Shown: positions 56,294 through 64,000 of the stretch, piece after piece
Numbering within the stretch: the stretch's first letter is position 1
Layout: every line of letters begins with the position of its first letter
Source of the DNA: an uncultured Candidatus Saccharibacteria bacterium
Lineage (GTDB): Bacteria > Patescibacteriota > Andersenbacteria > UBA10190
Assembly: GCA_964359735.1 (NCBI GenBank)
Contig: CAYHTZ010000003.1
Coordinates: 21,993 to 85,992, forward strand
Reading direction: 5' to 3'
DNA length: 64,000 nt
Made by a program: the position numbers and the translations under genes
The notes under the pieces: generated by a model
The model's database searches: none
Told to the model about the DNA's origin: nothing
The model's input: only the letters and a program-made list of their open reading frames with translations

Positions 56294-56671
56294 ATGGTTC
56301 CTCCTTTTCTTCCAGATTTTGACTTGGCTCTCCTTGCGTTGCGGCTCGCGCTGGGAATAGTGTTCCTGGCGCATGGGCCGATAAAGTTCGTAAAAACACA
56401 GGAGATGGCGAAGGGGTTGGGCATAGCCGAGAATTCGGTGCGTGCTATTGGGACGTTAGAAGTGCTGGGGTCTGCCTCAGTAATCTTAGGAATATGGTCC
56501 CAGGTGGGTGCGGCCTTGCTGGTGATCGTTATGCTGGGGGCCATCTACTTCAAAACGCAAAAATGGGGTAAGAACTTCACCGGCGAGGGCGGCTGGGAAT
56601 TTGAATTTACGTTGCTGGCCGCGGCACTGGCTATTTTCTTTGCCGGCTCCGGCGCCTATGCACTCTTTTGA
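56294..56671 (+). CDS. DoxX family membrane protein
   Basis: LRLALGIVFLAHG..K, GGWEF, GSGAYAL. Confidence 0.88.
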   Translation: MVPPFLPDFDLALLALRLALGIVFLAHGPIKFVKTQEMAKGLGIAENSVRAIGTLEVLGSASVILGIWSQVGAALLVIVMLGAIYFKTQKWGKNFTGEGGWEFEFTLLAAALAIFFAGSGAYALF

Positions 56672-56702
56672 AGTTTTACCTGCGAACGCCTAGACTAAAA
56701 AT

Positions 56703-57809
56703 ATGCGCCTATCAGCTACTCTCGCAGTTTCCCTGAGCCTACTTTTAGTTCCCATGGTAGGACTCGCGGCGGTATTTGTAACCGACGAAGAAACAGCGCA
56801 GTTGACTGAATCAGTGAGCGATGACGTATATGCCGCGAGCCAGACAGTGCGCATTTCTGGAAATGTAACAGGAGACGTAGCGGCGGCCGGGGAGAAAGTG
56901 GAGATTACTGGCAACGTAACACAGGACGTGCACGCGGCTGGGGAAACGGTAAGCCTTGAAGGCGAGGTTGGTGATGATGTGCATGCGGCGGGAGCAAACG
57001 TGGCACTCTTGGGAAAAGTAGCGGGTGACGCTTTCTTGGCGGGATCCGAGGTTATGGTGGGTGAGGAAGCATCGGTTGGCGGAGATGTATATGCGGGTTC
57101 TTCGAATTTGGTTATCTCCGGCAACGTACAGGGAGATGTATGGGCGGCTGGGCAGGTCCACGTTACGGCGGGAGCGGTGATCAACGGAGGTCTCCTCGTT
57201 ATGAGCAACGAAGCTCCAGTGATCGATGAAGGGGCTCAAATCGCTGGCGAAGTGAAATTGGAAGCGTTGACACACGATGACCGCGAGCGCCCCTTTCAGC
57301 TCATGGGGTGGGTACGGTCAGTGGTTTCTCTCTTTATAGTTTCGCTGGTGCTCGTGTACGGTGCACGGGCGCTTACCACATCAACGGTACGCACGGTGGT
57401 AACGAAGAGCTGGCGATCCCTCTTAGTGGGAGGGCTCTGGACTCTTCTTTTTGTTCCGGTCAGCCTTATCTTGCTCGTTACTATCGCGGGTATTCCTCTC
57501 GCTTTGGGGGTGCTGGCGTTCAGTGTTCTCGCGTATATCATGGCAACAGGCATCGCTGCTGCCCACGTAGGCCGGTGGATCATGGGGAAAGTGGCTCGAG
57601 AGGGCACCCAGGAAATAACCTGGGCGCATGCGTTGTTGGGAGCCGTAGTGTATGAAAGCGTACAACTCCTGCCCGGGGTGGGAGAACTCCTCACATTTAT
57701 TTTGGTTCTCTTCTTCTTGGGGGCAACTCTCTTAACATTCTTTAACTTAATCCGCCACCATTATGGCAAACCAAGTGCAGGCGCTCAGCAAAACCCAGCC
57801 TCCGCATAA
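56703..57809 (+). CDS. Secreted beta-helix (bactofilin/polymer-forming-like repeats) plus multi-TM protein
   Basis: Signal peptide; repeats of GxVxGDVxAAGxxVxI; C-terminal TM bundle. Confidence 0.75.
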   Translation: MRLSATLAVSLSLLLVPMVGLAAVFVTDEETAQLTESVSDDVYAASQTVRISGNVTGDVAAAGEKVEITGNVTQDVHAAGETVSLEGEVGDDVHAAGANVALLGKVAGDAFLAGSEVMVGEEASVGGDVYAGSSNLVISGNVQGDVWAAGQVHVTAGAVINGGLLVMSNEAPVIDEGAQIAGEVKLEALTHDDRERPFQLMGWVRSVVSLFIVSLVLVYGARALTTSTVRTVVTKSWRSLLVGGLWTLLFVPVSLILLVTIAGIPLALGVLAFSVLAYIMATGIAAAHVGRWIMGKVAREGTQEITWAHALLGAVVYESVQLLPGVGELLTFILVLFFLGATLLTFFNLIRHHYGKPSAGAQQNPASA

Positions 57810-58374
57810 AACTACAGCGGGCAAGGCCCGGGAAGATGCTTGGGATTTACTCAATAAGTACACAAAAAATAAAAACCTAATTAAGCACTCGCTGGCGGTG
57901 GAAGCGGCGATGCGCCACTATGCCAATATTTTTGGAGAGGACCCAGCGCTCTGGGGAATGGTCGGGCTCCTGCATGATTTTGACTACGAAACGTATCCGA
58001 CTTTAGACAAACATCCGTACGAAGGTCAGAAGATCTTAGAGCAAGAAGGCTATCCGGAAATTATCCGACACGGCATTATGGCCCATGCGCCCCACACAGG
58101 CACGCCGCGTGTCACAAAGATGGAAAAAGCAATCTTCGCGGTGGATGAGCTGACCGGGTTTATAGTGGCATGCGCACTCGTAAAGCCGAACAAGAAGTTA
58201 GCCGAAGTGGATGTGGAATCTGTGAAAAAGAAAATGAAATCAAAAGGCTTCGCGGCGGCGGTGAAGCGGGAAGACATTGAGCTCGGAGCGCAAGAACTTG
58301 GACTTACGCTGGAAGAACACATTCAGCATGTGCTGACAGCTATGCAAGGGATTTCAGCCGAGCTCGGGTTGTAA
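57763..58374 (+). CDS. HD/HDIG domain metal-dependent hydrolase
   Basis: KHSLAVEAAM, GLLHDFDYE, AVDELTGF, FAAAVKREDI. Confidence 0.88.
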   Translation: MANQVQALSKTQPPHKTTAGKAREDAWDLLNKYTKNKNLIKHSLAVEAAMRHYANIFGEDPALWGMVGLLHDFDYETYPTLDKHPYEGQKILEQEGYPEIIRHGIMAHAPHTGTPRVTKMEKAIFAVDELTGFIVACALVKPNKKLAEVDVESVKKKMKSKGFAAAVKREDIELGAQELGLTLEEHIQHVLTAMQGISAELGL

Positions 58375-59007
58375 CTTGCCCGGGCGAATAATTTCTATTT
58401 TCCCATTTTCGAGTTTGCCGATGGTGGTGGGGGGGTTGTGAGCAAGTGTGCCGCCATCGAGAATAGCGGCGAGAGAGAGATTGTAGGTGGTGCCTTGTGT
58501 GGGATCCGGCCCTCCTCCGCCAAGGCTTCGGCGGGCGGGCGCAACAGTACCGGGAAAATACTCCAGAATTTTTTCTGGAGTATATGCAGGTGGTGCGCCC
58601 GAAATGTTGGCGCTGGTGGCGGTGAGAGGAACATTAACGACATCGGCCAATTGCTGCATGAGCGGGTGATCGATTATACGCAGGCCGACTTTATCATCTT
58701 GAGCCAAATGCTCAAGATCTGGCTTCGGTTTTAGGAGCAGCGTTAACGGCTGGCCTTGATACTTTTCCCAAAGAGTCTGTTCATCTTTCGATATTACGAA
58801 ATATCGAAACATCAACTCATCTTCCATAAAAACCGTAAAGGTTTTTTCTTGGGGGCGCTGCTTTAAGGTGCGCAGGCGCTGTAAGGCATGGCCTTGCAGG
58901 GCATCACAGGCCAAGGCATAGGCAGTACCCGTAGGGATGGCAACAATGCGCCCTTCTTGAATGAATCTCGCGGCCTGCCCGATATCTTTTGCTATAATGG
59001 CATACAC
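58354..59007 (-). CDS. tsaC: L-threonylcarbamoyladenylate synthase (Sua5/YrdC)
   Basis: IPTGTAYAL, LKQRPQEK, PLTLLL, VGLRI, TATSANISG, IIRPG. Confidence 0.88.
   Translation of the reverse strand: MYAIIAKDIGQAARFIQEGRIVAIPTGTAYALACDALQGHALQRLRTLKQRPQEKTFTVFMEDELMFRYFVISKDEQTLWEKYQGQPLTLLLKPKPDLEHLAQDDKVGLRIIDHPLMQQLADVVNVPLTATSANISGAPPAYTPEKILEYFPGTVAPARRSLGGGGPDPTQGTTYNLSLAAILDGGTLAHNPPTTIGKLENGKIEIIRPGKLQPELG
58510..58540. repeat. REP-like hairpin in frame within tsaC
   Basis: CCCTCCTCCGCCAAGGCTTCGGCGGGCGGGC encodes an extra ARRSLGGGG segment. Confidence 0.65.
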
Positions 59008-59922
59008 ATGGCTAAAAGTACGATCTTCTTTGCCTGCTTGGCAATCGTATTTGCGGGAACGACCGTCGCGGTTTCCTGGCGGCTTATCGCGGGAAAGGGT
59101 ACGCCGGCCCCGCAGGTGGAGGGGGTCAACATTGCCTTAGGCCTGCCTACCGGACAGGCAGGGCTCCTCAGCGAAGGAGGAGGGGAAACCGAGGGGCTTT
59201 TTCGGGCGGGAAGCGCGCTGGTTTGGAACACAGAGACGGATGCAATTCAATTCGAACAGAATGGGTTTGAGCGGCGGCCGATCGCCAGTATCACCAAGCT
59301 GGTGACAGCCATGGTAGCCCTTGACCACGGTATTCCCTGGGAGGAGGCTGCAACCATCGAGCTCGAGGAATACGTACAAGGAGGACGGCTTTTACTCCAC
59401 CCCGGCGAGACGGTGAGTGTACGAGATTTATTCCATGCCTCGCTTGTGGCGTCCGCAAATAATGCCACCCTCGCGTATGTGCGCGCCCTCAAGATCTCCG
59501 AGGAAGAGTTCGTGCGCGAAATGAACCGCAAGGCAGTCTCCCTCGGCCTCGAACAAACTGAATTTACGGACGTCACAGGGCTGGATGTAGGGAATATCTC
59601 CACTGCCTACGAGGTGGCGCGCCTCGCTGAAGCCGCCTTTACCTATCCGGAGATTGCGGCCGCGAGTAGCCTCAAGGAATACACCATGCACGTAGGCGGC
59701 AGCGGGAGAGAGCATACGCTCCGCAACAGCAATAAACTGATCACCGAGTGGGGAATAGAGGTAAGCGGCAGTAAAACGGGGTACTTGTACGAGGCGCGCT
59801 ATTGCTTGGTGGTGCGGGGGGCGGGGGGCGCAGCGAATACGCTGGCGGTCGTGCTTGGAAGTCCCAGCGAGATCGAAAGCCTGGCAGAAATGAAAAAGTT
59901 GTTGCAGCGGGCCCCGCTGTGA
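59008..59922 (+). CDS. D-alanyl-D-alanine carboxypeptidase/endopeptidase (peptidase S11)
   Basis: ASITK (SxxK), SAN, KTG; N-terminal TM; TGCTATAAT upstream of ATG 59008. Confidence 0.88.
   Translation: MAKSTIFFACLAIVFAGTTVAVSWRLIAGKGTPAPQVEGVNIALGLPTGQAGLLSEGGGETEGLFRAGSALVWNTETDAIQFEQNGFERRPIASITKLVTAMVALDHGIPWEEAATIELEEYVQGGRLLLHPGETVSVRDLFHASLVASANNATLAYVRALKISEEEFVREMNRKAVSLGLEQTEFTDVTGLDVGNISTAYEVARLAEAAFTYPEIAAASSLKEYTMHVGGSGREHTLRNSNKLITEWGIEVSGSKTGYLYEARYCLVVRGAGGAANTLAVVLGSPSEIESLAEMKKLLQRAPL
59142..59162. repeat. REP-like hairpin CCTGCCT-ACCGGAC-AGGCAGG in frame (LPTGQAG)
   Basis: Perfect 7-bp stem, 21 bp long, in the linker between the TM anchor and the catalytic domain. Confidence 0.7.
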
Positions 59923-59936
59923 TATACTAAAAGCCT

Positions 59937-60392
59937 GTGGCAGAGGAATTTAAACCCAACATTTACCCGATTATCTACTGGGCCCTAGCGTACGGCGTCA
60001 TTGCCGGGTTCTTACTTTTCCTGGTGTATCTCCTGTCCCGCTACATTACGGTTGTATGGTTCCCGGTATTCGCCGTAGGGCTCATATGGGGAGCCTACCG
60101 CAATTACCGCAAGCAGAAACGTGTCTGGTCACAAGCGTCAGGAGTACCGCTTGCCGCCAAACCTCCGCTCCAGGAATTCCGAGACGCGATTAGCGATGTG
60201 GTAGATGCCTCCCGAGACATGGTGGCCCAACAGCGCGCCGAAGATGAAGCTATCGCGTCTGAGGTAGCGGAAGCGGAAGCAGATGCTATTGAAGAAGAGG
60301 CTGCGTACGCCAGAGGGTTCCGGCGCGAAATAGAATCTCAAAGATCAACTGAAACTACGCCTCCTCCGCCACCGCCCCCTGCGGCTGCGTAA
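59937..60392 (+). CDS. Hypothetical two-TM membrane protein with acidic/Pro-rich tail
   Basis: Two hydrophobic segments; TGATATACT 8 nt upstream of GTG. Confidence 0.65.
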   Translation: MAEEFKPNIYPIIYWALAYGVIAGFLLFLVYLLSRYITVVWFPVFAVGLIWGAYRNYRKQKRVWSQASGVPLAAKPPLQEFRDAISDVVDASRDMVAQQRAEDEAIASEVAEAEADAIEEEAAYARGFRREIESQRSTETTPPPPPPPAAA

Positions 60393-61677
60393 CGGCCATT
60401 TGAGTCCGGCCAATACCGTAGTAGAGAACTCCGGCAGAGGCAACTTGCGCGGGATCCAGGGCATTCTTGCCGTCAACCAGCAAACGGATCTGGTGGCGGC
60501 GCAGAGCCGCCGGCGTCAAAGCTTTAATGAATTGCGTATGGTTGGTAGCGAGCATGACTGCATCAGCAGCAGCGAGGGCTTCTTCCAACGTCGCGACGTT
60601 CGAGGACGCCGGGAAGTACGGATCAAAGACAACAACTTGAAAGCCGCCTTCCTCAAGGAGCCGGCGCACCTCAATGGCCGGGCTTTCCCGGTCGTCGGCA
60701 GTGTCCTTCTTATACGAAACGCCGAGTACGGCCACGGTTAGGTCACGCTCACGTACGTGGAGCTCCGCGAGCCCGCGGCGCAGCAACTCCACGGTAAAGG
60801 CCGGCATGCTGTTGTTTATCTCGCGGGCCAGTTTCAAGAATTGGTGGTCAAACCCCACGCTATGTCCACGCTCGATCATGTAGTAAGGGTCTACGCCGAT
60901 GCAGTGCCCACCCACGCCGTTACCGGGGAAGTGGGCGAGGAAAGCAAAAGGTTTGGTTGAAGCACCTTCAATCACGTTCATAACATCAATGCCCAGACGG
61001 TCGAACGAACGGGCCATTTCATTGACAAAGGCAATGTTCACATCACGAAAACTATTCTCGAAAATTTTCACGGCTTCGGCCTCAGTCACCGAATTCATAA
61101 CCTTCACCGGCGCTTCCAGGATGCTGGTATAGAAATGCAGTGCGCTTGCCTCTGCCTCTTTTGTATACGCACCTAAGACACGGGGAATGTTACGTACTGT
61201 CCATTTTTTGTCACCGGGGTTAATGCGCTCAGGACAGTAGGCAACGCGTAGCTCCTTCAGCCCCCCCCGGCTCTGAATGAGAGGCAGCACCACTTCATCC
61301 ATCACGCCGGGGTTGACGGTTGATTCTACAATGAGCGTTTGCTTCGCTTTGAGGTGGGGTAGGATATCTTTTACCGATCCGATGAGAGGGGCCAGATCCG
61401 GCTGTTTATCATGAGTGACTGGCGTGGGGACGGCGATGACGATGACATCGGCGTGGGCTACTACGGCAGGGTCAGTTGAGGCAACAAGCGGAAACTTTTC
61501 GAGTGCCTGATCTTCTACCACATCTTTGACGGGGGAGACACGGCGGTTAATAGCCTCTACCTTCTTTTGGTCGATATCGTACCCGACCACGTCCCAGCCT
61601 TTTTCCTTGGCGAGCACAGCGAGAGGCAGGCCTACGTATCCCGTGCCTACGACTGCAAGTTTGCCAAGTTTTTTCAT
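60355..61677 (-). CDS. Nucleotide-sugar dehydrogenase (UDP-GlcNAc/ManNAc 6-dehydrogenase family)
   Basis: GTGYVGLP, VPTP, ESTVNPG, PERINPG, GVGGHCI, YKKDTADDRESP; TTGACA-17-CATTAT 6 nt upstream. Confidence 0.92.
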   Translation of the reverse strand: MKKLGKLAVVGTGYVGLPLAVLAKEKGWDVVGYDIDQKKVEAINRRVSPVKDVVEDQALEKFPLVASTDPAVVAHADVIVIAVPTPVTHDKQPDLAPLIGSVKDILPHLKAKQTLIVESTVNPGVMDEVVLPLIQSRGGLKELRVAYCPERINPGDKKWTVRNIPRVLGAYTKEAEASALHFYTSILEAPVKVMNSVTEAEAVKIFENSFRDVNIAFVNEMARSFDRLGIDVMNVIEGASTKPFAFLAHFPGNGVGGHCIGVDPYYMIERGHSVGFDHQFLKLAREINNSMPAFTVELLRRGLAELHVRERDLTVAVLGVSYKKDTADDRESPAIEVRRLLEEGGFQVVVFDPYFPASSNVATLEEALAAADAVMLATNHTQFIKALTPAALRRHQIRLLVDGKNALDPAQVASAGVLYYGIGRTQMAVTQPQGAVAEEA

Positions 61678-61784
61678 GCGCAAATAATGATATAAATTAA
61701 AGGTCTTGTCAATATAGCAAGCTAGCTAAGCTTGCAGTGGGTGGTATACTTAGACACATTCATATATAAATATACACCTTACAT

Positions 61785-62042
61785 ATGGCAAACAAACCCG
61801 TCACCATTTACAGCACACAAACATGCCAGTACTGCCGAGCCACGAAAGCATTTTTGCAGGAGCATAGTATTCCCTATAAGGATATTGACGTTGGCAGTGA
61901 TCCGGAAAAGGCTCGAGAAATGATTCAGAAGTCCGGACAAATGGGAGTGCCCGTCATCTTGATTGGAGAAGGACCGGAGGAGCAGCACATCGTGGGGGTT
62001 GACCAAGCGCGTATCGCCAGTGCTCTTGGCATAACGACATAA
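61785..62042 (+). CDS. Glutaredoxin-like (NrdH/YruB-type) protein
   Basis: CQYC, SGQMGVPVI. Confidence 0.92.
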   Translation: MANKPVTIYSTQTCQYCRATKAFLQEHSIPYKDIDVGSDPEKAREMIQKSGQMGVPVILIGEGPEEQHIVGVDQARIASALGITT

Positions 62043-62061
62043 CCGAGGCACACTGAGCCGT

Positions 62062-62994
62062 ATGTCAGAACGCGTTTTTGACGTGGCGATTGTTGGATAT
62101 GGCCCGGCTGGGATCACGGCGGGAATTTATACGGCGCGGCGCAGGCTCACGTCCGTGCTTTTTGGAGACATCCCGGCAGGGGAAGTAGTTAACTCGGGCG
62201 AAATCGAGAACTGGCCGGGAGACCGCACTACCGAGGGGACGGTGCTTGCCGATAAGATGGTACAGCACGTTCGCGACCACAGTGATATGGTTACGATTGT
62301 ACCGAAGAAGATCACACGGGTGCGCAAAGAAGAAAAACTGTTTCAGATAGAAGTTGAAGATAAGAGCACGTACCAGGCAAAAACGGTGATTTACGCCACC
62401 GGCCGCCACCCTCGGCTACTCAACATTCCGGGCGAGAAAGAGTTCAAAAATAAAGGTGTTTCATACTGCGCCAACTGTGACGCACCTCTCTTTGCGGATA
62501 AGACAGTCGCAGTGATTGGCGGGGGAGACTCAGGAGCCGAAGCGGTGATTATGCTTCAGCGTATTGCCAAAAAAGTGTACTTGCTTCACATCGATGAGAA
62601 GCTGCGAGCGGAACCAATTCTGGTGGATAATTTTCAGCAGAGTCCGAATGTAACTGTGCTCACGCGGGCAAAGACGACACATATCTTCGGAGATACATTT
62701 GTCACCGGACTTGAGTACGAAGATCTCTCCACCGGTGAAAAGAAGAGTCTAACTCTTGACGGTATTTTTGTAACCATTGGGGCTATTCCTAATACGGAAC
62801 CAGTCTCGCAGCTTGTACCTCTCGATGAGCAGGGAGCAGTGGTGGCCGACCGATACGGAAAAACGAGCGTGGAAGGGTTCTTTGCCGCGGGGGATGTCAC
62901 CGATACCCGTGATGCGCAAATTGTGGTGGCGGCGGGGCAAGCCTGTTCAGCCGCACTTTCGGTGGATGATTACCTCAGCCGAAATAAGTTCTAA
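62062..62994 (+). CDS. trxB: Thioredoxin-disulfide reductase
   Basis: GYGPAG, GVSYCANCD, GGGDSG, FAAGD. Confidence 0.92.
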   Translation: MSERVFDVAIVGYGPAGITAGIYTARRRLTSVLFGDIPAGEVVNSGEIENWPGDRTTEGTVLADKMVQHVRDHSDMVTIVPKKITRVRKEEKLFQIEVEDKSTYQAKTVIYATGRHPRLLNIPGEKEFKNKGVSYCANCDAPLFADKTVAVIGGGDSGAEAVIMLQRIAKKVYLLHIDEKLRAEPILVDNFQQSPNVTVLTRAKTTHIFGDTFVTGLEYEDLSTGEKKSLTLDGIFVTIGAIPNTEPVSQLVPLDEQGAVVADRYGKTSVEGFFAAGDVTDTRDAQIVVAAGQACSAALSVDDYLSRNKF

Positions 62995-62997
62995 CCT

Positions 62998-63759
62998 ATG
63001 CCAATAGGAGAGGTCTGGCGAACGCTACGGCGGCGGCTGCCGGCTTCCCACTACGTCCTCGTGGTCATGCTTTTCTTCGCCGGGCTGGAGGCAACGTTTG
63101 CCTTGCAAAGATTCGTAGCGATTTCTCTCCTCACTCTCTTCGGGCTGGTGACGGCGGGGGTGCTGGTTCTGCGCAAGGAAGAAAGCGAGGATTTTCACTT
63201 CACCCAGGCTTTTTTGCCGATCTTGGCCGCCATTGGGCTTACGGCATTCGCTCTCTTCTTGCCAGCCAGCCCGCTCCTCCACCTCTACTTCTTAGCGGCG
63301 AGTATTATATTCTACTTTTTGCTTCAGTTCGCCGCGAGGCTGGCGTACCCTACCTGGAACTGGGGCGTATCGGCCCTGGTTCTATTTGTGGATTTAGCCG
63401 CCGTGCTGGGCTGGCACTTTCATATGGCGAAATCGCTCACCATAACGCTCGCGCTTACCTGGCTCATTACGCTCTTACTCGCCTGGCAAGCGCTGCGCCG
63501 TATTGCGGCTGCCCGTTCAGAAGCATTCCTTTTGGCGCTCTGTATAAGCTTGGCGGTGGCCGAGATTATTTGGGTACTGCAGTTCACGCCCTTTCACTTC
63601 TTTGCCCAGGCAGGGATAGGGCTCACAGCCTATTACCTTCTTCTCCAGGGACTGACGCGCAGTTTTGAAAGGCGCCTGGCCCGTCAAGACATGGTAGAAT
63701 ATATGCTGATTGGAGGCGCAGCTTTTATTATTCTTTTTCTTTCTGTGCAGTGGATATGA
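62998..63759 (+). CDS. Multi-TM hypothetical membrane protein
   Basis: About 8-9 hydrophobic segments; AEIIWVLQFTP. Confidence 0.7.
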   Translation: MPIGEVWRTLRRRLPASHYVLVVMLFFAGLEATFALQRFVAISLLTLFGLVTAGVLVLRKEESEDFHFTQAFLPILAAIGLTAFALFLPASPLLHLYFLAASIIFYFLLQFAARLAYPTWNWGVSALVLFVDLAAVLGWHFHMAKSLTITLALTWLITLLLAWQALRRIAAARSEAFLLALCISLAVAEIIWVLQFTPFHFFAQAGIGLTAYYLLLQGLTRSFERRLARQDMVEYMLIGGAAFIILFLSVQWI

Positions 63760-64000
63760 TCCTAAATCCTAAGCCAGCCAGCGGTGAACACGTAATTCGC
63801 CTGTCCCTAACGTGGGTGGTGCTGATTGGGGTGGCCGTGCTTGCGCTTGGCGCCATGGGGGGAATGATTGCGCAGTGGTGGTGGCAACCGAACCTCCCGC
63901 CTCTCCCGACAACTGAAGATAGGCTCATTACCACCATTCAGGAAGTAACTATCTCTCCGAGCACAGCCACGGCGGAACTCACGAAGAATCATGAGCGCTC
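63756..64000 (+). CDS. N-terminal fragment of a membrane-anchored protein (possibly an HtrA/S1C-like protease); runs off window end
   Basis: ATGA overlap with the previous gene; frame open to 64000: MILNPKPASGEHVIRLSLTWVVLIGVAVLALGAMGGMIAQWWW...; product is a guess from architecture. Confidence 0.5.
   Translation, partial: MILNPKPASGEHVIRLSLTWVVLIGVAVLALGAMGGMIAQWWWQPNLPPLPTTEDRLITTIQEVTISPSTATAELTKNHER

Noticed and set aside
56810-57260. DNA tandem repeat or diversity-generating region in the beta-helix gene
   Set aside because: The repetition is at protein level (GxVxGDVxAAG) with diverged codons; no template/variable repeat pair or reverse transcriptase is present.

Overview
A chromosomal segment from a small-genome bacterium. 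The gene set points to Patescibacteria/CPR, probably Parcubacteria-like; this is inferred from gene content only. It is dense in housekeeping genes: murD(partial)-ftsW-murG-murC, alaS, infA-rpmJ-rpsM-rpsK-rpsD-rpoA-rplQ-rplM-rpsI, murA-mreB, hpf, secA, secD-secF, holB-like, frr, rseP, proS, mreB-mreC-mreD-mrdA, greA, lysS, serS, dnaX, tRNA-Gln(TTG), hppA, xseA/xseB, tsaC, a D-Ala-D-Ala carboxypeptidase and grx-trxB. No prophage, CRISPR array, rRNA or recognisable transposase was seen. The most unusual signals are non-coding or sub-genic. (1) A small GIY-YIG nuclease gene sits between two 5'-half copies of tRNA-Gln whose D-loops are interrupted by three ~36-bp double-hairpin units, just upstream of the intact tRNA. 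(2) A perfect palindrome (core CCATAGATCGATCTATGG) occurs three times: at both ends of a TrpR/YerC-like gene and at the promoter of an orphan phospho-His (PEP-utiliser) gene 25 kb away. (3) Several REP-like hairpins are present, some in frame inside proteins. (4) A 145-nt multi-stem element precedes proS. (5) infA can apparently start only at CTG, and the mreBCD-linked mreB has an N-terminal frameshift. (6) Many genes have a -10 box 6-9 nt before the start codon, suggesting widespread leaderless expression. All calls come from reading the sequence and motifs by eye; no database searches were run.
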